Positions 25,704-32,218 of a stretch of 32,218 bases of DNA are shown piece by piece. The notes below the pieces were generated by a model. The model was not told the origin of the DNA and ran no database searches. It saw only the letters and a program-made list of their open reading frames with translations. Source of the stretch: Desulfobacterales bacterium (GTDB taxonomy: Bacteria > Desulfobacterota > Desulfobacteria > Desulfobacterales > B30-G6); assembly GCA_029939655.1 (NCBI GenBank), contig JAOZSO010000002.1:2116-34333 (forward strand), read 5' to 3'. The stretch's first letter is position 1, and every line of letters starts with the position of its first letter. Position numbers and translations under genes: made by a program.

Positions 25704-26521
25704 ACCAACTGATTCATACGGTTGCCTTTATCTATATCCTGAGCGCCATGGGATATGTGGTGTATCTTGTACGCCAGGACGCATTCTGGAACCAGGCCGG
25801 TTTTTATCTATTGATTTCCGGATGCTTGCTGCACACGGGGGTCATTGCTTATGGAACCTTCCTGGCCGGCCATCTTCCGGTTCACAACCTGCGGGATACG
25901 CTCTCCATGGTTGCCTGGGCCATGGCCGCCCTCTTTATCGTATTTCAAACCCGATATCATCTTAAAGTTTTGGGTGCCTTTGCCTCTCCCCTGGCGGCAG
26001 CAATCATGAGCATCAGCGCGCAATTGCCAATAGAAGTGATCGAGGCGCCGCCGGTTTTTAACAGTATTTGGCTTTATTTTCATATTGTTACAATTTTTCT
26101 AGGATATGCGGCATTTGCCCTTGCGTTTGGCGTCGGAATTTTTTACCTGGTTCAAGAGCAGGCCATCAAGACCAAAACACAAGGTTTTTTTTATCGGCGC
26201 CTGCCCTCGCTCGAATTTATTGACATCACCGGGTATGCATGCATCGTAGTCGGATTTACCCTGCTGACCATAGGTCTTATCACCGGCTTTGCCTATGCAA
26301 AGACCGCCTGGGGACACTTCTGGAGCTGGGATCCGAAAGAAATCTGGTCCGGGATCGCCTGGCTGTTGTATGCTGCACTGCTGCATGGCCGCATCAGTCT
26401 GGGCTGGCGCGGAAGAAAAGCGGCTATCATGGCAATCATCGGCTTTGCTGTGCTCATGTTCACTTTTTTTGGGGTTAATTTTTTTCTGAAGGGACACCAC
26501 GGTGAGTTCACCCGGTGGTAA
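25700..26521 (+). CDS. CcsA/HemX-family cytochrome c assembly-type membrane protein
   Basis: 273 aa and polytopic, with the Trp-rich heme-handling motif WGHFWSWDPKEIWSGIAWLLYAALLH. It overlaps the sirC-like stop (ATGA). Confidence 0.8.
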   Translation: MNQLIHTVAFIYILSAMGYVVYLVRQDAFWNQAGFYLLISGCLLHTGVIAYGTFLAGHLPVHNLRDTLSMVAWAMAALFIVFQTRYHLKVLGAFASPLAAAIMSISAQLPIEVIEAPPVFNSIWLYFHIVTIFLGYAAFALAFGVGIFYLVQEQAIKTKTQGFFYRRLPSLEFIDITGYACIVVGFTLLTIGLITGFAYAKTAWGHFWSWDPKEIWSGIAWLLYAALLHGRISLGWRGRKAAIMAIIGFAVLMFTFFGVNFFLKGHHGEFTRW

Positions 26522-26553
26522 GCCGCTCGACGGGTAATGGTTTGATGTAACAC

Positions 26554-27822
26554 ATGACAGATATCGTATTAATAGGACTGAATCACACCACAGCACCGGT
26601 TGAACTCAGGGAGTGCATCGCGTTCACGCCCGAGGATACCCTCGTTGCCCTGGATCAATTAAAGCAGGAACCAGCCATCGATGAAGTACTGGTCTATTCG
26701 ACCTGTAACCGTGTTGAAATCCTCATGGTTACCGACAACATCCCCGTTGCTGTCGATATAACAAAAAACTTTATCGCATCCATCCATCAGATCCCTTTGG
26801 AGCGGTTCGAGGGCGTCCTCTATCATCGGGAAAATGATGATGCTGTCAGGCATGTTTTCCGTGTTGCGGCCAGCCTGGACTCCATGATCGTTGGAGAGCC
26901 TCAAATCCTGGGACAGATAAAAACGGCCTATCAAACCGCCACCCAGAAAAAAGCATCCGCACTGATACTGAACCGATTGCTGCACCGCGCTTTTTTTGTA
27001 GCCAAAAAAGTGCGCACCGAAACGGGCATTGGAGATCGTGCGGTATCCATCAGTTATGCCGCCATTGAACTGAGCAAGAAAATCTTCGACTCCCTGGTAA
27101 AAAAGAAGGTCTTGATGATCGGTGCCGGAGAAATGGCTGAACTCGCGGTGGAGCATCTGCTCCGACAAAAGGTCGGGGATCTCTATGTTGCCAACCGGAC
27201 ATTCGAACGGGGTGTTTCCCTGGCGGAAAGATTCAAGGGGCAGGCCGTCCGAATCGAGGAAATTCCTCAGTGGCTTGAGCAGGTTGATATCATAATCAGT
27301 TCAACCGGGTCATCCGAGCTGGTTATCCGGCGCGACCAGGTAAAAGCTGCCATGCGTGCCCGACGAAACCGGCCGTTGTTTTTTATCGATATTGCTGTTC
27401 CGCGGGATATCGACCCGGAAATCAACCGACTGGACAACGCCTATGTCTATGATGTCGATGATCTCCAGAATATTATCGAAGAAAATCTCGAAGATCGAAA
27501 AAAAGAGGCTTTGAAAGGTGAAAGAATCGTGGATGAGGCGGTTATCCGTTTTCGGGACTGGTGCGACAACCTGAATATCGTTCCAACCATTGTGGACCTC
27601 AGAAACAAATTGCGCATAATTATCGAAAATGAGCTCACTAGAACGTTTCCGAGCCTTCAACAAACCTCCTTGGCAGACCAGGAAGCCCTGCAGAAAATGA
27701 TAGGAACAATGGTCAATAAGATTATGCATGATCCCACCCGTCTTCTGAAGATGGAAGGGCATCACATCAACAAGCCTGTCTACCTGGATTTGCTGCGCAG
27801 GCTTTTTAACCTGGACGAGTAG
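26554..27822 (+). CDS. hemA: Glutamyl-tRNA reductase
   Basis: 422 aa. Motifs are LNHTTAPVELRE, the catalytic YSTCNRVEI, GEPQILGQ and the NADPH loop GAGEMAEL. Confidence 0.95.
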   Translation: MTDIVLIGLNHTTAPVELRECIAFTPEDTLVALDQLKQEPAIDEVLVYSTCNRVEILMVTDNIPVAVDITKNFIASIHQIPLERFEGVLYHRENDDAVRHVFRVAASLDSMIVGEPQILGQIKTAYQTATQKKASALILNRLLHRAFFVAKKVRTETGIGDRAVSISYAAIELSKKIFDSLVKKKVLMIGAGEMAELAVEHLLRQKVGDLYVANRTFERGVSLAERFKGQAVRIEEIPQWLEQVDIIISSTGSSELVIRRDQVKAAMRARRNRPLFFIDIAVPRDIDPEINRLDNAYVYDVDDLQNIIEENLEDRKKEALKGERIVDEAVIRFRDWCDNLNIVPTIVDLRNKLRIIIENELTRTFPSLQQTSLADQEALQKMIGTMVNKIMHDPTRLLKMEGHHINKPVYLDLLRRLFNLDE

Positions 27823-27840
27823 ATACCCAGGAGACTTCAC

Positions 27841-28779
27841 ATGAAAAAAATAGCGTTCCTATTTCCCGGTCAAGGTTCCCAGCGTGTTGGTATGGGCCTC
27901 GAGTTTTATCGGGCGTTTGATGTTGTTCGGGAAGTTTTCGACATGGCCGAAGAACTGGTTAAAATCAATTTGTCAAAACTCTGTTTCAAGGGTCCCATGG
28001 AAGACTTGACCGCCACTGTGAACCTTCAACCGGCTTTGACCACGATCAATCTGTCCACTTTGACGGTCATTCAAAAAGAGGGAATCAGGGCTGATGTCAC
28101 AGCAGGCCACAGCTTGGGTGAATACAGCGCCTTATGTGCTGCTGCCGTTATTTCCAGAGAAGATACCATTCGCGCTGTCATGAAAAGAGGCCAGTTGATG
28201 CACCGGGAAGCCACACGGCAGAATGGTGCCATGTCCGCGATTCTCGGGCTTCCCATTGAAGCAGTAGAGGATATCGTCGCCAAGGCTGGATCAGACGGCA
28301 TTGTGTCCGTGGCAAACCACAATACCAAAGAACAGGTCGTTATTACAGGTGAACCGGCAGCCGTCCTGAAGGCGTCCGCTCTGGCTGCCAACCAAAATGG
28401 CCGGTCGATTCCTTTAAAGGTGAGCGGTGCATGGCATAGTGCCTTGATACGTGGTGCGGAAAACGATTTCAAGAATTTTTTGGAGAACATCCCGTTCAGC
28501 ACGCCCGATATGCCTGTCCTGCATAATGTAACAGCCGATAGTACGAAAGATCCATGTGAAATCCGTTCGATGATGGTAACACAGCTGTGTCATCCCGTTA
28601 AGTGGTATGACACCATGGGCAGATTGATGGACGAAGAAATAGAAATATTTGTGGAAGTGGGTCCCGGAAACGTACTGGCCGGCCTGTTAAAAAAAACAAT
28701 ACCGGAAGGCTACCCGTATCAGGTATTCAGAATTAACAATATGAAAACGCTTGACATCTTCTTTTCGGCTGTTCTCTAA
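27841..28779 (+). CDS. fabD: Malonyl-CoA:ACP transacylase
   Basis: 312 aa. Motifs are FLFPGQGSQ, the active site GHSLGEYSAL and VSGAWHS. RBS is AGGAG. Confidence 0.92.
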   Translation: MKKIAFLFPGQGSQRVGMGLEFYRAFDVVREVFDMAEELVKINLSKLCFKGPMEDLTATVNLQPALTTINLSTLTVIQKEGIRADVTAGHSLGEYSALCAAAVISREDTIRAVMKRGQLMHREATRQNGAMSAILGLPIEAVEDIVAKAGSDGIVSVANHNTKEQVVITGEPAAVLKASALAANQNGRSIPLKVSGAWHSALIRGAENDFKNFLENIPFSTPDMPVLHNVTADSTKDPCEIRSMMVTQLCHPVKWYDTMGRLMDEEIEIFVEVGPGNVLAGLLKKTIPEGYPYQVFRINNMKTLDIFFSAVL

Positions 28780-29024
28780 AAGTCGTCCGGTTCTACCCAA
28801 ACGATATGATCTTTGTTGATGAAGCGTGTTTTTCCAGATGTATCTATCGAGGTGACGTCTACCATGATAATAAAAGACCGGCCGGCTTTCGTAAAAAGGT
28901 CTGAAACTCTCTGATCCGGTGAAATGTTCACTTTTCCATTAAACGTCGAACCATCGATGGTTCTGACAGTGATGGATTTGTATGCCGTACTATAGTTGTC
29001 TTCCTCCATATCCAGATCCTCCAT
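28776..29024 (-). CDS. Small hypothetical protein (82 aa, acidic N-terminus, predicted beta-rich)
   Basis: The ORF has sensible codon usage, is convergent with fabD (4-nt overlap of the stops) and divergent from dksA. I did not recognise a family. Confidence 0.45.
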   Translation of the reverse strand: MEDLDMEEDNYSTAYKSITVRTIDGSTFNGKVNISPDQRVSDLFTKAGRSFIIMVDVTSIDTSGKTRFINKDHIVWVEPDDF

Positions 29025-29190
29025 TTCATTCGGGTCCGATAAAATCGTAAAACAATTCTATTCTTTATACGATATCCGGCCGGTAGTGACAATACCTAAA
29101 AAATTCAATATTAGCACTTTACAACATTTTCCACTTGTGGTATGTAAATCTTTTTCAGTAGACATTGTTCCATGCTTTTGAGGTATTATT

Positions 29191-29553
29191 ATGAAAAAAA
29201 AAGACATTGAATATTTCAAAGAACAACTGACACAAAAAGTGGAGAGCCTTCTCAATCAGGCGGATGATACCGTTTCCGGTATGACCGCGCCCAAAGAAAA
29301 TTTCCCGGATCCGACCGATCGTGCGGCTCTCGAATCAGAGCGGAATTTCATGCTTAGAATTCGTGACAGAGAAAGTAAGCTCATCGACAAAATCAAAAAA
29401 GCACTCACGCGTATCGAAAACGGTACATTTGGCATCTGTGAAACCTGCGGGGAAGACATCTCGATCAAGCGCCTGAAGGCCCGAATGGTAACAACCCAAT
29501 GTATCGATTGTAAAACAAAAGAGGAAGCATTCGAAAAAGCCCTTGGATTATAA
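29191..29553 (+). CDS. dksA: DksA/TraR-family RNA polymerase-binding zinc-finger protein
   Basis: 120 aa. The coiled-coil tip has a DxxDxA motif (DPTDRA) and there is a C4 zinc finger (CETCG...CIDCK). RBS is GAGG. Confidence 0.88.
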   Translation: MKKKDIEYFKEQLTQKVESLLNQADDTVSGMTAPKENFPDPTDRAALESERNFMLRIRDRESKLIDKIKKALTRIENGTFGICETCGEDISIKRLKARMVTTQCIDCKTKEEAFEKALGL

Positions 29554-31105
29554 AGAAAACATCAGTATCGACCTGCATGTTCACTCCACTGCCTCAGACG
29601 GCACCTTGACACCCTCAGAAATTATAACAATGGCGCAAGAACTCGGATTAGGCGCCATTGCCATCACGGATCATGACACACTTGCCGGTTCAAAAGAGGC
29701 GCTTGGTCTCACCATGCCCGCAACCATTGAATTGGTCACCGGTGTAGAAATCAGCGCGATGCCCATTGCGCCATTCGATTTTGTCGGCAGCTATCACATT
29801 CTGGGATATTTTATCCATATCGATGATCCGGCACTGAACCAAACACTCGATAATCTTCAACAAATTCGCCGGGTTCGAAACCACAAGATTCTCCAACGTC
29901 TGAACAGCATGGGTATCATGATAACGATGGAAGATATCCAAAAAGAGGTTGGCTCCGGCGAAATCGGCAGACCCCATATTGCCACAGCACTGTTTGAGAA
30001 AAACTTCGTCCATTCCATCAATGAGGCCTTCGATCAATATCTCGGTGAGGGAAAACCTGCCTATGTGGACAAGCAACGGCTCAGTTGCCGGAAAGCCCTC
30101 CAAATCATATCAGGGGCCGGTGGTGTTCCTGTTCTGGCACACCCCGGATTGCTGAATATCGAACAGGAAAGCGATCTGGAAGCCTTGATTGTCTCTCTAA
30201 AGGAGAAGGGCTTGAAAGGTGTCGAGGTCTACTATCCGGAACACTCGGAGCTGCAGGTCCAACAACTGCTCAGAATTGTCTCATCACACGATCTGCTTGT
30301 AACAGGCGGTACTGATTTCCATGGCGACTTAAGGCCTGAACTGAAAATGGGCATTGGCTATGGCGCCCTGCATGTTCCTTATCGTTTATTTGAAAGCTTA
30401 CGGCTACACGCCCACGCACCGGATAATCTTTCAAAGCTCGAAAAGAGGCTCGGGTACACATTTCAGGATTCCCGGATCCTGTCGGAAGCTGTACGTCACA
30501 GTTCCTTCGTGAATGAACAGGCAAACCCGGATATGCGCGACAACGAACGATTCGAGTTTCTTGGAGACGCTGTGCTGAGTCTTGTTGTTGGGCATATTTT
30601 GATGGAGCGCTATCCGGACCTGAAGGAAGGAGACCTGACCAGGCTCCGTTCGAATATGGTCAATGAAAGCCAGTTGGCAGCTATTGCTCACTCCTTGAGC
30701 ATCGGCAGCCACATTCTCTTTGGTAAGGGTGAATTTCTCACCGGCGGACATCGAAAAAATTCGATTCTCGCCGATACCATGGAAGCAATTATTGCCGCCA
30801 TCTACCTGGATGGTGGTTATCAAGCCGCCTATACCCTGATTGAAGGGCACTTCTCAGCGCTTTTCGATGCCGTCGGCACCGGGGTTCACTTTCTGGATTA
30901 TAAAAGTGCGCTTCAGGAAGTTGTTCAGCTGCAGCATGAACCACCACCGGAATACCGAATAATCGAAGAAAACGGACCCGACCATGACAAGACCTTCAGT
31001 GTCCAGACCGTGGTCTGTAATATTCAGGCCGTCGGAAAAGGAAAAAGTAAGAAAACCGCCGAGCAGGATGCAGCACGTAAAGCCTTGTTAGCGTTGAAAT
31101 CCTGA
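29543..31105 (+). CDS. rnc: Fusion protein: N-terminal PHP-domain phosphoesterase (TrpH/YciV, RNase AM-like) plus a C-terminal complete ribonuclease III
   Basis: The N-terminus has IDLHVHSTASDG...AITDHD...GGVPVLAHP...TGGTDFHG. The C-terminus has LEKRLGYTF..., the signature NERFEFLGDAVL, ADTMEAIIAAIYLD and a dsRBD (DYKSALQE...KKTAEQDAARKAL). It is one uninterrupted frame. The only start upstream of the HxH motif is TTG 29543, which overlaps dksA by 11 nt. Confidence 0.85.
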   Translation: MDYKENISIDLHVHSTASDGTLTPSEIITMAQELGLGAIAITDHDTLAGSKEALGLTMPATIELVTGVEISAMPIAPFDFVGSYHILGYFIHIDDPALNQTLDNLQQIRRVRNHKILQRLNSMGIMITMEDIQKEVGSGEIGRPHIATALFEKNFVHSINEAFDQYLGEGKPAYVDKQRLSCRKALQIISGAGGVPVLAHPGLLNIEQESDLEALIVSLKEKGLKGVEVYYPEHSELQVQQLLRIVSSHDLLVTGGTDFHGDLRPELKMGIGYGALHVPYRLFESLRLHAHAPDNLSKLEKRLGYTFQDSRILSEAVRHSSFVNEQANPDMRDNERFEFLGDAVLSLVVGHILMERYPDLKEGDLTRLRSNMVNESQLAAIAHSLSIGSHILFGKGEFLTGGHRKNSILADTMEAIIAAIYLDGGYQAAYTLIEGHFSALFDAVGTGVHFLDYKSALQEVVQLQHEPPPEYRIIEENGPDHDKTFSVQTVVCNIQAVGKGKSKKTAEQDAARKALLALKS

Positions 31106-31141
31106 CAGAAGATCCCATTATCAACAACCCTATAGGGTGAT

Positions 31142-31172
31142 AAAACGGGTTCAACGATAACCCCGTTTTGTT
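31142..31172 (+). terminator. Rho-independent terminator candidate after the PHP-rnc ORF
   Basis: The stem is aaaacggg / cccgtttt with a 12-nt loop, followed by gtt. It lies 37 nt after the stop. Confidence 0.45.
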
Positions 31173-31183
31173 ACGTGACCCAC

Positions 31184-32218
31184 ATGACAACAGTTCCCCC
31201 TTTCCAAGACCCTCATAAAAAGAAAGGCTCCCGCCCGTTCATTATCCCTGTTTTCATTCCCCATGCCGGATGCCCCCACCAGTGTGCATTCTGCAACCAG
31301 ATCCTCATTGCGGACCGCCCGGACCAAACGCCCTCCGAAGAAGTTATCGCGGCGGATATCTCCCGCTTCTTGACATATCAACAACCACACCACGAAGCAC
31401 CCCAGATATCGTTTTACGGCGGCACCTTCCTCGGTATCGGGAAAGAAAGGATTCTCAAGTTTCTGGGTGTTGCCACGCGTTTTATCTCTCGGGGTCAAGC
31501 TGATAGCATCCGGTTTTCGACCCGGCCGGATACGATCACCGCAGCGATGCTGGATCTGATTCAACGCTTTCCTGTCAGAACCATCGAGATAGGTGTACAA
31601 TCCATGGATGATACAGTGCTGCGGCTTTCCCAGCGGGGGCATACAGCCCTTGACACCCGCAGGAGTGTCAAACTTTTAAAAGAACGCGGCTATGCCATCG
31701 GTCTCCAGATGATGGTAGGTTTGCCGGGTCAGGATGAATCATCCGCCATGACAACGGCCCTTGAAATCGCCGGTCTTCTACCGGACTTTGTCCGCATCTA
31801 CCCGACGGTTGTGTTGAAAAATAGCCGTCTCGAAGTATGGTTTCGAAATGGCACTTATGAGCCTCTTTCCCTGGATGCGGCAGTCGCCCAGGTAAAAGAC
31901 CTCTATGGTGTCTTTCGGGGGAAAAAAATACCGGTTATTCGCATGGGTCTTCAGGCTTCCGAAAGCCTTGATTTCGACGGAACCGTTCTTGCCGGTCCCT
32001 ATCATCCCGCCTTCGGCCACCTGGTCCACTCGGAAATCTTTTTTGACAAGGCCGCCGCAGAACTAGCATCAGAAACGACACCGATACACAAAACGGTGTT
32101 CTTTGTTCATCCAAGCAGTATCCCGAAAATGAGGGGCTTGAAAAACGCCAACATCAAACGCTTGAAGACAATTTTTCAAATAGATTCAATTGAATTGGTT
32201 CCGGAGGCTTCTATTTCA
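31184..32218 (+). CDS. ELP3-like radical SAM protein (3' end beyond the window)
   Basis: It is absent from the ORF track because no stop lies within the window. ATG 31184 opens a frame of 345 codons to the window end, with PVFIPHAGCPHQCAFCNQ (CxxxCxxC) and IEIGVQSMDD...MVGLPGQ motifs. Confidence 0.8.
   Translation, partial: MTTVPPFQDPHKKKGSRPFIIPVFIPHAGCPHQCAFCNQILIADRPDQTPSEEVIAADISRFLTYQQPHHEAPQISFYGGTFLGIGKERILKFLGVATRFISRGQADSIRFSTRPDTITAAMLDLIQRFPVRTIEIGVQSMDDTVLRLSQRGHTALDTRRSVKLLKERGYAIGLQMMVGLPGQDESSAMTTALEIAGLLPDFVRIYPTVVLKNSRLEVWFRNGTYEPLSLDAAVAQVKDLYGVFRGKKIPVIRMGLQASESLDFDGTVLAGPYHPAFGHLVHSEIFFDKAAAELASETTPIHKTVFFVHPSSIPKMRGLKNANIKRLKTIFQIDSIELVPEASIS

Noticed and set aside
29865-29885. 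A T-loop-like string (gggttcgaaacc) suggestive of a tRNA.
   Set aside because: It lies inside the PHP-domain coding frame, and no acceptor or anticodon stems can be drawn around it.
31151-31642. A 163-aa minus-strand ORF in the track.
   Set aside because: The plus strand here encodes an obvious radical SAM protein (CPHQCAFC motif). It is missing from the track only because it has no stop inside the window.

Overview
This window looks like ordinary bacterial chromosome. Protein similarities suggest a Desulfobacterales-like deltaproteobacterium, but that assignment is inference only. It is mostly housekeeping genes, with a few decayed or repeat-bearing patches.

Main blocks, left to right:
- 374-2837: MFS transporter, S4/YbcJ-like protein, SEC-C-motif protein and LysE exporter.
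- 2966-10191: a compact six-gene operon related to Ech/Hyf group-4 hydrogenase and complex I. Its large subunit has lost all four [NiFe] cysteine ligands. This is the Ehr type, with the same order as Geobacter ehrABCDLS, and I know of no assigned biochemical function.
- 10403-12890 (minus strand): a disrupted small ORF, a CBS-pair protein and a large left-handed beta-helix protein, behind a near-consensus promoter.
- 12908-15267: EamA transporter, a Phd/ParE toxin-antitoxin pair, and two convergent genes that both look 3'-truncated.
- 15520-19760: THUMP RNA methyltransferase, a run of gene fragments around an intact nitroreductase, a pyruvate-kinase-C-like protein, a GC-rich palindromic element and trmL.
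- 19771-24679: a deleted four-helix-bundle (23S IVS-type) gene between inverted repeats, then clpB and a DHH phosphoesterase plus MBL hydrolase pair.
- 24846-28779: a small hairpin array, sirC-like, ccsA/hemX-like, hemA and fabD.
- 28776-32218: a small hypothetical, dksA, a PHP-domain::RNase III fusion ORF translationally coupled to dksA, and a 3'-truncated ELP3-like radical SAM gene.

I found no rRNA, tRNA, CRISPR array or intact mobile element. The items most worth follow-up are the Ehr-type complex with its remodelled Fe-S subunit, and the PHP-RNase III fusion.
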